Positions 1-8,109 of a stretch of DNA of 40,193 nucleotides are shown here, one piece after another. The first letter of the stretch is position 1. Every line of letters starts with the position of its first letter. The stretch lies in the UHGV virus genome UHGV-1364435; one strand, written 5' to 3'. The stretch comes from a virus. The notes below the pieces were generated by a model that saw nothing but the letters and a program-made list of their open reading frames with translations, was not told the DNA's origin and made no database searches. The translations under genes and the position numbers were made by a program.

Positions 1-216
1 CTCCGGCTGTTCGGCGGATTTGTTGCGGCGCGCTTTACGTGCCGGTTTGTCGGTATCGCCCTGTAGGGTGACAGTTCGCTCCACGCCGTCGGCATGGGTT
101 TCGATAACCGCATCGGCAGGCGCAAAACGCGCGTCAATAACGCGAAAGCCCTGGCGATGATATTCTTTCTTTTGCTCGACCGTGATCGGCATTGCAACGT
201 ATTTCACTTCTAACAT
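1..216 (-). CDS. hypothetical protein, 5' part only (gene runs off left edge of window)
   Basis: ATG at 216-214 preceded by GAGG (GAGGCCACCATG). The frame stays open for 72 codons to position 1 (MLEVKYVAMPITVEQKKEYHRQGF...). It lies downstream of the capsid gene on the same strand. It is not in the ORF track because no stop falls inside the window. Confidence 0.4.
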   Translation of the reverse strand, partial: MLEVKYVAMPITVEQKKEYHRQGFRVIDARFAPADAVIETHADGVERTVTLQGDTDKPARKARRNKSAEQPE

Positions 217-228
217 GGTGGCCTCGGG

Positions 229-255
229 TGAAAAAAGGGGGCCAAAGCCCCCGAG
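229..255 (-). terminator. intrinsic terminator after major capsid gene
   Basis: Stem GGGGGC (237-242), loop caaa, stem GCCCCC (247-252) on the plus strand. On the minus strand the hairpin is followed by TTTTTT (complement of A6 at 231-236). It sits about 8 nt after the capsid stop at 260. Confidence 0.7.
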
Positions 256-259
256 TTTA

Positions 260-1228
260 TTACAGGTCTGCGTCGACGATCGCCAGCGTACCCAGGGTAT
301 GCTTGTTCTCTGCAACGGCTTTATCCCAGTTGGACGCGGTAGCCAGTTCGGCGTCGGTCGGAGACTTGCCGCCGTTGGCGACGTCCCAGGAATAACCTTT
401 CAGTTTCAGCCCGAAGGAGTAATCAGCCTGCCAGGTCGTTTCGATACGGGTTTTACCGTTCGACGTCTCCATGTTGGTGATGATGTCGCTGGTATTGTCT
501 ACGACGATACCCTGCGCCACGACCGACAGCACTTTAGACTTATTCGGCGTGCCCGCTTCATAAAGTGCCGGGGAGTCGGTGACCACGTAACGCTTGCCTA
601 GGATATCTACAACCAGCACGTTGCTGGAAACAAACAGCTGGTTAGCGTTGGTGATCGCCTGGCCGATCAGCTTGTGATATACCGCGCCGGTCATGACGTC
701 AGTCACCAGCAGCTGGGATTGATCGCCGAATTTGGCATGGCTGTTATTCAGTGCACCCAGGCTGATACCCGCAGTCGCAGAGACATCGTTAACCAGAGCG
801 GCCTGGCCGGATACCGCGGCAACCGCTGCCGACAGTGCAGTGTTAAGCTGGTCCGCCAGCAGGGCGTCGGCGAAACCTTCGGAGATCGCCATAACCGCTT
901 CGGTCGGATTGCGCTGCAGCCAGGTAAGCTGGGACGGCTCGAACACGATCGGGCCAAAACCGCCGGCCACTTTAACACCAACGTTTTCACCCTGGGTTAA
1001 GTTGGTGCCGGTCTGCGCAGCGATAGCAGCATAGCGGTCGACGCGGCGCTGCGCGGACGCGATCTGGTTGTAGAAAGATTCCTTAGTGAAATCACCTTCC
1101 CACGCCTGGGAGGACAGCACGATCGCGCCGCCGGAGTTCGCATTAAACTGTTCGGTTTTCTGGCCCAGCAGTTCAATAGTAGCGCCGTAAATCTGGCGGT
1201 CGTAAACCTTCATGTTCGAGAGAGACAT
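260..1228 (-). CDS. major capsid protein
   Basis: 322-aa ORF directly downstream of the scaffold gene on the same strand, with an HK97-like capsid flavour (gly/ala-rich, no cysteines). Synteny is terminase-portal-head morphogenesis-scaffold-capsid. A strong terminator follows. Confidence 0.8.
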   Translation of the reverse strand: MSLSNMKVYDRQIYGATIELLGQKTEQFNANSGGAIVLSSQAWEGDFTKESFYNQIASAQRRVDRYAAIAAQTGTNLTQGENVGVKVAGGFGPIVFEPSQLTWLQRNPTEAVMAISEGFADALLADQLNTALSAAVAAVSGQAALVNDVSATAGISLGALNNSHAKFGDQSQLLVTDVMTGAVYHKLIGQAITNANQLFVSSNVLVVDILGKRYVVTDSPALYEAGTPNKSKVLSVVAQGIVVDNTSDIITNMETSNGKTRIETTWQADYSFGLKLKGYSWDVANGGKSPTDAELATASNWDKAVAENKHTLGTLAIVDADL

Positions 1229-1231
1229 ATT

Positions 1232-1924
1232 TTAACCCTTATTTTCTGCGTCAAGACGCTTACGGAGATCGGCCCGAGTTTTTTCGATGCCTGTCAAGTG
1301 CTCGCCACCGGCCCCGCCAGTAGGATTTTTGTTCCCGGCAGCCCCGCCGCCGTTCGCTGTGTCAGCCTGCATAAGATGAGAGATGACCTTATGCTTTTTG
1401 CAGTAGTCGATAAATTTATCGACATCTGTCGTAATAACTGCGCCGTCGGCGCCGACAAACTTGGTTACCAGGTCATCGCCGTCGAATTCGACTTTGATGA
1501 AAGGTGCGATCAAGTCCGCGGCGTCAGCATCGATGAATTTGCCTTTAGCAATCACGGCGCCCATAACAGCTTTGCGCTCGCTGCCGAGGATACGCTCGGC
1601 CAGCTTGGTGATCTTGCCGTCTTTCTCGGCGATCACCGGGTCATACTGACCACGAATCGATTTTTCGAACTCTTCCATTTGCCCGGACTGCTTCGCCGCT
1701 TCCTGCTGAGCGCGAACGCGTTCGGCTTCGGCGTCCTTTGCACGTTGTGCGGCTTTCTTCTTCTCGTCGAGAAGTGCGGTATTCTGGTTTTTCAGGCCAT
1801 TAACCAGCTCGTCGACTTCTTCCTGGGTGTAGGTCTTTGGCGCGTCGCCACCGCCACCGCCCTGGGTTCCGTCGTCATGTTCTTCTTGATACGCGAAAAG
1901 GAAAGACTGTAAAAAACGATTCAT
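1232..1924 (-). CDS. capsid scaffolding protein
   Basis: ATG at 1924 (MNRFLQSF...). The 230-aa product is highly charged, lys/glu/ala-rich and predicted coiled-coil (EEVDELVNGLKNQNTALLDEKKKAAQRAKDAEAERVRAQQEAAK), typical of scaffold proteins. It sits immediately upstream of the capsid gene. The track ORF extends further upstream only through a TTG alternative start. Confidence 0.7.
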   Translation of the reverse strand: MNRFLQSFLFAYQEEHDDGTQGGGGGDAPKTYTQEEVDELVNGLKNQNTALLDEKKKAAQRAKDAEAERVRAQQEAAKQSGQMEEFEKSIRGQYDPVIAEKDGKITKLAERILGSERKAVMGAVIAKGKFIDADAADLIAPFIKVEFDGDDLVTKFVGADGAVITTDVDKFIDYCKKHKVISHLMQADTANGGGAAGNKNPTGGAGGEHLTGIEKTRADLRKRLDAENKG

Positions 1925-1949
1925 AGTACGTAGACCCCTGGTCTTTATG

Positions 1950-1968
1950 AATCCGGGCCACCCGGATT
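1950..1968 (-). other. perfect 8-bp hairpin in 5' leader of scaffold/capsid operon
   Basis: AATCCGGG cca CCCGGATT. A second small palindrome GACCcctGGTC lies just before the scaffold ATG. Confidence 0.4.
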
Positions 1969-1979
1969 TACATACGCTA

Positions 1980-2008
1980 AATATACAGGGCAGCGCAAGT
2001 ATTAACAA
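1980..2008 (-). promoter_or_regulatory. candidate sigma70-type promoter for scaffold/capsid operon
   Basis: Minus-strand reading TTGTTA-N17-TATATT (-35 at 2008-2003, -10 at 1985-1980). The -35 is weak, so the call is tentative. Confidence 0.3.
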
Positions 2009-2026
2009 TATATCTGCAAATGTTGG

Positions 2027-2055
2027 TTGCAATATGTGTGGAGTAATATTATAGT
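2027..2055 (+). promoter_or_regulatory. strong sigma70-like promoter P1 (TTGCAA-N17-TATAGT) with upstream GTTGGTTGC motif
   Basis: -35 TTGCAA at 2027-2032, 17-nt spacer, -10 TATAGT at 2050-2055. It is immediately preceded by AAATGTTGGTTGCAAT. It is nearly identical to the cassette at 25911-25950. Confidence 0.55.
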
Positions 2056-2086
2056 TAGGAAACCAACAACGTGAGGTTACATCGAT

Positions 2087-2257
2087 ATGCAAAAATTATG
2101 GCAAAACACAGCGCAAAGAATCAACGCAAGCATAATGATGGAAAAAATAGTTACGGAGATGATTAAAAACGCTGAAAGTCAGGGACTAAAGGTTGAGATT
2201 TTCCATGATGAATTGCTAATTACCGAGGTAGATGATGAAACCAATGGCAAAGCGTAA
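2087..2257 (+). CDS. small hypothetical protein (56 aa), first gene of opposite-strand moron
   Basis: ATG at 2087 with GTGAGGT 9 nt upstream: MQKLWQNTAQRINASIMMEKIVTEMIKNAESQGLKVEIFHDELLITEVDDETNGKA. It lies downstream of P1 and is below the 60-aa track cutoff. Confidence 0.35.
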   Translation: MQKLWQNTAQRINASIMMEKIVTEMIKNAESQGLKVEIFHDELLITEVDDETNGKA

Positions 2258-2375
2258 TCCGACGAAGTACCAGCAACGGCGCCGGGTTTTCCTGGTCTAT
2301 CTTCCGGCAGCGTGGGTGGCTATAGCCTTCGTCTTCTGGGGTCTGGCCTGGCTGATAAAAAACGCCCCGTTATAG
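2232..2375 (+). CDS. small single-pass membrane protein (47 aa)
   Basis: ATGATG at 2232 with GAGG upstream. MMKPMAKRNPTKYQQRRRVFLVYLPAAWVAIAFVFWGLAWLIKNAPL has a basic N-terminus followed by one hydrophobic helix. It overlaps the preceding small ORF by 26 nt. Confidence 0.35.
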   Translation: MMKPMAKRNPTKYQQRRRVFLVYLPAAWVAIAFVFWGLAWLIKNAPL

Positions 2376-2382
2376 GGGCGTT
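2353..2382 (-). terminator. intrinsic terminator after Rz1 (minus strand); weak on plus strand
   Basis: AACGCCCC gttata GGGGCGTT (2361-2382). On the minus strand it is followed by TTTTTTAT. On the plus strand there is no U-tract (GTTACATT). The Rz1 stop (2370-2372) and the plus-strand small ORF stop (2373-2375) both lie in the loop. Confidence 0.6.
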
Positions 2383-2618
2383 GTTACATTCCAGATCCAG
2401 TCCTGCAGCTGGTACACCTGCAGCCTTAACTTTCTTCCGCAATCCATGTTCTGCACGTCAGCATTCAGATCCGCGTCACTGTCCTTTTCCGCCGGCTGAA
2501 ACTGGCACGGCTTCGTCATCATAGCCGGGGATGGCGTTGGCGTTGTCGATGGCGCGTTGTTTAATCCGCACCCGCTCATCGTCAAAAGTACAGCGCACAC
2601 GATCAGGATTTTGCACAT
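2370..2618 (-). CDS. Rz1: o-spanin (Rz1-like outer-membrane lipoprotein)
   Basis: MCKILIVCAVLLTMSGC is a signal peptide with a lipobox cysteine. The product is pro/thr-rich. The gene starts inside the Rz gene in another frame and extends past its stop. Confidence 0.6.
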   Translation of the reverse strand: MCKILIVCAVLLTMSGCGLNNAPSTTPTPSPAMMTKPCQFQPAEKDSDADLNADVQNMDCGRKLRLQVYQLQDWIWNVTTPL

Positions 2619-2862
2619 ATTTAACCACCTCTCGGGTTATCATTACGGTTTTCGCGGCGCCGGCCTGTTCGGCTTCGGCGGCCTTCGTGTCGTTTACCTG
2701 CTGCGCGGTTACCCGTTTCGCCAGTGTCGCCCGGGCCTTTTCTTCCTGCTGTGCTACCAGCTTCGCGCGACCTTCATTCCAGCCGGCATTGTATTGATAA
2801 TGGCCGAAACTCCACAGCAACGCCACGCATGATACAGCAACCAACGCATATAATTTCCACAT
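2476..2862 (-). CDS. Rz: i-spanin (Rz-like)
   Basis: ATG at 2862 (MWKLYALVAVSCVALLW...) with AAGGTGG 5 nt upstream. It has an N-terminal TM helix followed by a charged coiled-coil region (AQQEEKARATLAKRVTAQQ...). The Rz1 gene is embedded in it. Confidence 0.65.
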   Translation of the reverse strand: MWKLYALVAVSCVALLWSFGHYQYNAGWNEGRAKLVAQQEEKARATLAKRVTAQQVNDTKAAEAEQAGAAKTVMITREVVKYVQNPDRVRCTFDDERVRIKQRAIDNANAIPGYDDEAVPVSAGGKGQ

Positions 2863-3065
2863 ATCGCCACCTTTACAATTGCTGCCGTTGATTTCTCGCA
2901 AAATAAATGATACGATCAGCTTCGCTTTTGTGCGACGCCTCGCAAAGGCAGGCGCGCAACAAGCAATTGAAGTGATCGATTCAGCCTACCACACCATAAA
3001 TCCTTGATTTTACTCACTTAATTTCGCCACTCGCAAACTAAAACGGCAGCAACCAACGAAATCAG

Positions 3066-3152
3066 CCTAAGTCCTTGATATCTATACTCGCAATTTGACT
3101 CGCAAGATTTTGCGAGTCTTGCGAGTCGTCGCTACACGTAATAAATTACGAG
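3066..3152. repeat. about 90-bp repeat element A (CTAAGTCCTTGA ... ACTCGCAA ... GACTCGCAAgattTTGCGAGTC TTGCGAGTC ... ACACGTAATAAATTACGAGTT)
   Basis: About 75% identical to 12546-12640. It contains a perfect 9-bp/4-nt-spacer dyad at 3097-3118 plus further direct copies of ACTCGCAA. It abuts the 3' end of the head morphogenesis gene. Confidence 0.6.
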
Positions 3153-4195
3153 TTCCCGGACAGGAATTTTGCAACGCGTTTATCGTTCTCCGCCATCTCG
3201 CGCAGGGTCAACGGCCTGCCGAAACCGTCGACCGACGCAGCCCGGAATTCCTCGGCCGTCATACCGCTGTTACGGAAAATGTTGCCCCGAACCGGGCCGA
3301 GCGCTTCATCCTGGAACCATGCCGGCTGCATCTGCAGGAATTCGTAGTATGACGTATCAGCGTCTACCTGCGTGCCTCCGTCGGCCCCTCGCGCCGCCCG
3401 CTTCCCGCCGACGTCAAGGAAATCGAACTCGCTGCTGATCACCGGCGCCGTGGTCGTCCTGCAGTTCGGATGTAACGGCGGCAGCGGCCCCTTTCCGATA
3501 TCGTAAACCCTACCATGCGGCAGGTTACGGCAAATCGACGAGGTGCGCTTGTCCAGGGTCACCACCAGCTCGTAACCTTCCACGATATCGTCGTTTTTCT
3601 GGTATACGAGGTTTTTCGCTTCGGTCGATACATGGTTGATCGCTGTTCTAACCACCGTTGCCGCATTACGGTTTGACACGTCCGCAAGGCCGCCCGGGCC
3701 GACTACCTGGCGCACTATGTCGCGCGTCGTCATGCCCTGCACGAAACCAGACTTAACGCCAGTCACCAGGCGGTTAATCTCGGTATCCTGCCAGCTGGTC
3801 AGCATGTCCTGGAAGTCTACCGGCTTACCTTCCAGCTGCAGCGGATTGAACTTAATGGCGGACCAGACTTGCTCAGGCGACGGGGCGGTGAAACTGGCGT
3901 TGACGTTTCCGGACAGCGTGTCGGTCGTCCAGTCGGTTTCGTATTCGGCCAGCTTCTGCAGGTCCTGCTGCAAGCGCTCCTCCCAGCCGCTGGAGATGGC
4001 GTAAAGGATATCCTCCATGTCCTTTAACATAGCCTGGAGGCGCCCGCGGGTGCGGCTCTCGTCCCCGAAAGCCAGCACCCGCGTTTTCACCTCGTCGCGC
4101 ATCTGCTGGATGAACGGCCCCAGCTCGTTCACCTCATGCGAGGCGTTACGCTGGAGCCAGATCTGGTGACTGATAAAGGCCGTTAAGATACTCAT
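3146..4195 (-). CDS. head morphogenesis protein (SPP1 gp7 / Mu gpF-like minor head protein)
   Basis: 349 aa, positioned directly after the portal gene, with ATGA stop/start overlap. The sequence flavour matches minor-head/F-like proteins. Confidence 0.7.
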   Translation of the reverse strand: MSILTAFISHQIWLQRNASHEVNELGPFIQQMRDEVKTRVLAFGDESRTRGRLQAMLKDMEDILYAISSGWEERLQQDLQKLAEYETDWTTDTLSGNVNASFTAPSPEQVWSAIKFNPLQLEGKPVDFQDMLTSWQDTEINRLVTGVKSGFVQGMTTRDIVRQVVGPGGLADVSNRNAATVVRTAINHVSTEAKNLVYQKNDDIVEGYELVVTLDKRTSSICRNLPHGRVYDIGKGPLPPLHPNCRTTTAPVISSEFDFLDVGGKRAARGADGGTQVDADTSYYEFLQMQPAWFQDEALGPVRGNIFRNSGMTAEEFRAASVDGFGRPLTLREMAENDKRVAKFLSGNS

Positions 4196-5679
4196 ACCGC
4201 GGCCTGCTGGGTATTAGCTGCCGATGGAATATCGCTGGTAACCATCGTCGCCGTTCCGCGCGACGCGATCGGCTGGTCCGCGATAGCGTCCTGGATCTGT
4301 TCGTTAGTCCAGTTGGTAACCCCAGCCTCGCGCAGTGCTTCGTAGTACGCCGTAGCAGGCAGATAACCGGCGTTGATATCGGCGATCCATGCGGCGCGGT
4401 CCTGCGCGGTCATCGACTTAAGGAAGAATTCCATATTCAGCTTAAATTCAACATCCGTAGCGTCGACGTTAAGCATACCGGCAACCCACTTAAGCGCATC
4501 GGTGTACGCCTGGCTCACGTTACGGGCAATCGTAGCCATAACGGAGGTATCCGCCCCGCGCTGGATGCGCGCCGCTTCGGCGGTGACCTGCACGGTCGGC
4601 GTGATCAGCTGCGCGCCAATCTGCACGGCCTGCTGCTCTTTATCCAGCATGTTCTGTTTAGCCAGGTTATTTTCTGCAGCCTGCACCAGAAAAGCGTTGC
4701 CGCCGCTGCCGATATTATGACCCGTGCGCGACCCCATCTTAACGCCGTTCGGGTTAGCTTCTTTGAATTGCTCCAGGCTCATGTTTTCGCCCGGGCTCAT
4801 AAACAGCGTAGGCTGGCCGACAACGAAACTCGACTCCTCATTGTCAGCGCTATTACGGAAATGACCGATATTCAATTCAGCAAGCGGCAGGATCGGCGGG
4901 TCGTCCGGCGTATGGTCGTTATTGGTGGCGCCGATAAACGTAAACGGAATGATCCCCACCGGCACGCCGGCCAGGTCCGGGAAAATCTCCTGCACGCCGC
5001 CACGCAATTCGCCCTTCTGGTTAAACTGGTAAAGGCGCTGCCGGTATTTACCGTCTAAAAGGTCCAGCACGCGATATTGCTCGCCGTAATAGGTCGCGAA
5101 TTCGTCTTGCCCGTCGTTGTACTCGTAGGACTCGCGCAGCACGATAAGCGATACGCGGTTAACCGACCCGACGCGGGTAAGACGCCAGTTAACGATATTC
5201 TCGGCGGTGTAGAATACGATGACCGGGTTTAATAATCCCTCATTCTGCTCCGCCATGGTAGCGGCAGCGGTAACCGGGGCGTCCACCAGCAGGCCGCCGC
5301 GGCCAATCGAATCAATCTCGGTCAGAGTGTCCTGCGCGTGCTGCCATAACCCGACGCCGGAGCCGTCGCAGTTGGTTAACAGGTAGTCGAGTTGCGCCGG
5401 GATCGTCTGCTCCGGGTCTTTGCGCATCACGCTCCCGACCATGCCGGAAAGCGTGCGCTTAGTGAAGTTGTAGCAGATCGCCCCGTCTTCATATTCACGC
5501 TGCCGCTGTTTACCGTATTCGGGGTCGCGCTCGTTCTTGCCTACGTTGCGCAGGTATTCCTTTAGCTCGCCCGCGATAGCGTTGCGGACCTTCTGCCACT
5601 TAGGCGCATATTTCTCATATTCGCAATGCAGGGTCTTAACGTTCGCCCCCGCACCGGCGTTAATGTTGGCGGTTGTCAT
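4192..5679 (-). CDS. portal protein
   Basis: 495 aa, positioned between terminase large subunit and head morphogenesis protein. Size and synteny are typical of portal proteins. Confidence 0.75.
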   Translation of the reverse strand: MTTANINAGAGANVKTLHCEYEKYAPKWQKVRNAIAGELKEYLRNVGKNERDPEYGKQRQREYEDGAICYNFTKRTLSGMVGSVMRKDPEQTIPAQLDYLLTNCDGSGVGLWQHAQDTLTEIDSIGRGGLLVDAPVTAAATMAEQNEGLLNPVIVFYTAENIVNWRLTRVGSVNRVSLIVLRESYEYNDGQDEFATYYGEQYRVLDLLDGKYRQRLYQFNQKGELRGGVQEIFPDLAGVPVGIIPFTFIGATNNDHTPDDPPILPLAELNIGHFRNSADNEESSFVVGQPTLFMSPGENMSLEQFKEANPNGVKMGSRTGHNIGSGGNAFLVQAAENNLAKQNMLDKEQQAVQIGAQLITPTVQVTAEAARIQRGADTSVMATIARNVSQAYTDALKWVAGMLNVDATDVEFKLNMEFFLKSMTAQDRAAWIADINAGYLPATAYYEALREAGVTNWTNEQIQDAIADQPIASRGTATMVTSDIPSAANTQQAAV

Positions 5680-5691
5680 AGTGTCCTCATC

Positions 5692-7011
5692 TTAAAGCGG
5701 GAAAGATACCGGGATCTGTACCGGCGCATCATAACTTACAGGATACAGGTAATCGATAAAATATCCGATTGCTGTTGTGATGTGCTGGTACTGGTTCTTT
5801 TGGTCTTCCTGGAATGCCGATCCCTGCTGCAGCTGTACCGTCGCCAGGCCTTTATGGCTCCACGGTGCCGTTTGTGTGTTAACATACAGGCTAACATGGT
5901 CGTCGGCGGTGCGGATCTTGGCGCGTACCGCGTTTTGGCGGTCCTTGATCGCCGGGTGTGCCGCCTTAACCCGGCGGGTGTACGTCCAGCCGTTCGCCGA
6001 TAGCACATCCTCGATGTCGTTATAGTCCGACTTGTGGCCGTGCTTTTCGCCCGCGCGGCCGGCGGGGTCGCCGTAAATGAAAACGTGCTTGTTCTGATGG
6101 TCTTTGAACTTCTCCACGAACTCTTTGGCAGACTGCTTCGACACCGCGCTAATCAGCACTATCTCGTCGAGGATGTAGACATCATCACCGCGGATAACGG
6201 CAACCGATGACGAAAGCGGCGTAAAGTTCTGGTCGTGCATCCAGTGCAATGACTCATGCGGGAAAATGGTCGCGTTCGTGTAGTTGTCCTTGGAATAGTC
6301 CTCGTAAATTTTACCATTCGCCGTCTCGAATGAAGCCCGGAATTCCTGGTTATATTGCTTCTTCGACATTATTTTGCGCGCTTCGGCGGCCATTTCCGGG
6401 AAAATTTCCTCGGTCATCCAGTGAAAAACCGCATAATCCGACGAAACTCCGCTCTCGGCTGCCGTACATAGGTCGTAATAATGGTTCAGGCCGTCAGGCA
6501 CGCCGAGAAGCCAACACCAGGCGCGATAATCTGGCCGGGTCGGGTTTACGGTGTTGAGCGCCGGGTATATGTTCGCCTCCCACGACTCAGGCTTTATGTC
6601 GGCGAATTCGTCAATGCCGCCGCCGGTCCAGGGGATACCCTCGATACGCTGCGGCTTGTCCAGGCCGATAACGTGGATCTCCGATCCGTTCGGCAGGTAA
6701 ATAATCAGGTCCGATTCAGACGGGCGCCGCGGGTGCGCGCAGGACAGGGTGAAAGCTTTCAGGTCGTCCCAAAATATCTTTTTGGCCTGGGCGTGGGTCG
6801 GCGCCGCTGCAAAATACATTCCCGGGATCTTGAATGCCTGTTTCACCAGGAAGCGCTTAAACCGCTCGGTCTTTCCGGAACGGCGGCCGGCGGGCACCAG
6901 CGGAAACCGGATGCCGTCGGACACGGCGCTAATCAGTTTCAGCTGTACCGGGTGATCTTTCAGCTCATACCATCGGGCGCGCTGGCGCTCCAGCAGGGCA
7001 TTCACGCTCAT
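5692..7011 (-). CDS. terL: terminase large subunit
   Basis: 439 aa. There is a Walker A-like motif PAGRRSGKT near the N-terminus and acidic nuclease-domain motifs at the C-terminus. It overlaps the upstream small subunit gene. Confidence 0.85.
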   Translation of the reverse strand: MSVNALLERQRARWYELKDHPVQLKLISAVSDGIRFPLVPAGRRSGKTERFKRFLVKQAFKIPGMYFAAAPTHAQAKKIFWDDLKAFTLSCAHPRRPSESDLIIYLPNGSEIHVIGLDKPQRIEGIPWTGGGIDEFADIKPESWEANIYPALNTVNPTRPDYRAWCWLLGVPDGLNHYYDLCTAAESGVSSDYAVFHWMTEEIFPEMAAEARKIMSKKQYNQEFRASFETANGKIYEDYSKDNYTNATIFPHESLHWMHDQNFTPLSSSVAVIRGDDVYILDEIVLISAVSKQSAKEFVEKFKDHQNKHVFIYGDPAGRAGEKHGHKSDYNDIEDVLSANGWTYTRRVKAAHPAIKDRQNAVRAKIRTADDHVSLYVNTQTAPWSHKGLATVQLQQGSAFQEDQKNQYQHITTAIGYFIDYLYPVSYDAPVQIPVSFPL

Positions 7012-7499
7012 GATGGCATTTTCCCGATCAGCTCGGCCAGCTGTTCGCCGATATCAGCCTTATCTTTGCCCGGGTCTACCGGCTCGCGCATACCATGGTT
7101 GCATTTCAGGATGAAGGCCGCGCCGTTACCGCCTACACCGGCGGCGGATAACTCCATGAGGAACGCTTTCTGCAGCGATTCGGCGTCGGCGTATGCGCGA
7201 TCCCATTCCGGCCAGTGCTCGCGCCAGTTGCGCAGCGTGTCGCGGTTGACGCCGATCGACGCGGCGAAGCGCTCGAACGTCGGCAGCTTGTTCTGCGGGA
7301 TCACCTGCGCGGTGCCTTTATCGGAGAAATGGACATACCAGGACGCCGGCTCGGAGAAATAGCGCAGCAGCGCGCCGCAGTATTCCGGGCGGTAGTCGGT
7401 CGGTTTATCGTTGCTGCCGATGTCGTGCGGGAAGCGCTCGCCTTTCTTCCGTTTCGGCGGGACGCCCCTTAGATGTTTCGGCTTCGGCTTTAGATTCAT
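7008..7499 (-). CDS. terS: terminase small subunit (putative)
   Basis: ATG at 7499 with GGGGG 5 nt upstream (MNLKPKPKHLRG...). The N-terminus is basic, and the gene lies immediately upstream of and overlapping terL. The track ORF starts 9 codons earlier without an RBS. Confidence 0.55.
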   Translation of the reverse strand: MNLKPKPKHLRGVPPKRKKGERFPHDIGSNDKPTDYRPEYCGALLRYFSEPASWYVHFSDKGTAQVIPQNKLPTFERFAASIGVNRDTLRNWREHWPEWDRAYADAESLQKAFLMELSAAGVGGNGAAFILKCNHGMREPVDPGKDKADIGEQLAELIGKMPS

Positions 7500-7564
7500 A
7501 TAACCCCCATTATGCTTGCGTACCATACGCGCGCACCAGCGGCCCCCAGGGCCACTTTAAGGGG

Positions 7565-7593
7565 ATTATATAGCGGTGATGGGGATTAGGCAA
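7565..7593 (-). promoter_or_regulatory. candidate sigma70 promoter for terminase/head operon (TTGCCT-N17-TATAAT)
   Basis: Minus-strand -35 at 7593-7588, 17-nt spacer, consensus -10 TATAAT at 7570-7565. The leader contains the palindrome GGCCCtggGGGCC. Confidence 0.45.
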
Positions 7594-7616
7594 AAGAAGC
7601 CCGCACGGAGGCGGGC
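7589..7616 (-). terminator. intrinsic terminator after DUF551 gene
   Basis: GCCCGC acggag GCGGGC (7599-7616). On the minus strand it is followed by TTCTTTTGCC. Confidence 0.55.
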
Positions 7617-7623
7617 AGGTAGG

Positions 7624-8109
7624 CTATTTTGCGGGGCCAGCGGGCAGCGGCATCCAGTGGGTTACATGCTCCCCGTAATAGTTCCAGAAGGGGGTAAACG
7701 CATCATCACCTTTATCTGGCACATTCCAGTAGTCGTGATTAACCCGGTTGTTGAGCGTTTCGAATACCAGGTATTCATAGCACCCCGGCTTATTTTCAGG
7801 CATCCGCTCGCTTACCGGAATCCACCCCGGCATCTGCTCGCTTACCGGCTGCTGTGTTTCGCGCGCTGAATCCCAGATGTACTGAGCCTTTTCACGAAAA
7901 TCAGTGTGGCAAAGCGTGACCTGCAAAGCGCATTTGCGTGACCACTCGTCAAAACTAACGGGCTCCTTCTGGACCACCGGCTCGGCCTCCATCGTCGCCA
8001 GGAGCATTTTATACGCGGCGAGGGTGTAATCCTCTTTCAGCGACCGCGGGCCAGATTCCAGCTCGGCGATACGGGCGGCGAGTGATTCTTTAGTAACGGT
8101 AGTTGTCAT
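7624..8109 (-). CDS. DUF551-like phage protein
   Basis: 161 aa with a W-I-P-V-S-E-R-M-P-E signature. It contains an internal in-frame 10-codon tandem repeat (PVSEQMPGWI / PVSERMPENK) encoded by the direct repeat CATC(C/T)GCTCGCTTACCGG at 7801-7818 and 7831-7848. Confidence 0.6.
   Translation of the reverse strand: MTTTVTKESLAARIAELESGPRSLKEDYTLAAYKMLLATMEAEPVVQKEPVSFDEWSRKCALQVTLCHTDFREKAQYIWDSARETQQPVSEQMPGWIPVSERMPENKPGCYEYLVFETLNNRVNHDYWNVPDKGDDAFTPFWNYYGEHVTHWMPLPAGPAK

Noticed and set aside
182-601. 139-aa plus-strand ORF overlapping the capsid gene end and terminator
   Set aside because: It is antisense to the capsid gene, crosses the terminator hairpin and has no RBS. The minus-strand partial ORF with GAGG RBS is a better explanation of the left edge.
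2312-2524. 70-aa plus-strand ORF starting at GTG across the Rz1 terminator
   Set aside because: It runs through the terminator hairpin and antisense to Rz1. It is better explained as read-through frame noise. The real small plus-strand ORFs end at 2257 and 2375.
6481-7362. 293-aa plus-strand ORF spanning the terS/terL junction
   Set aside because: It is antisense to both terminase genes and depends on a non-ATG start.
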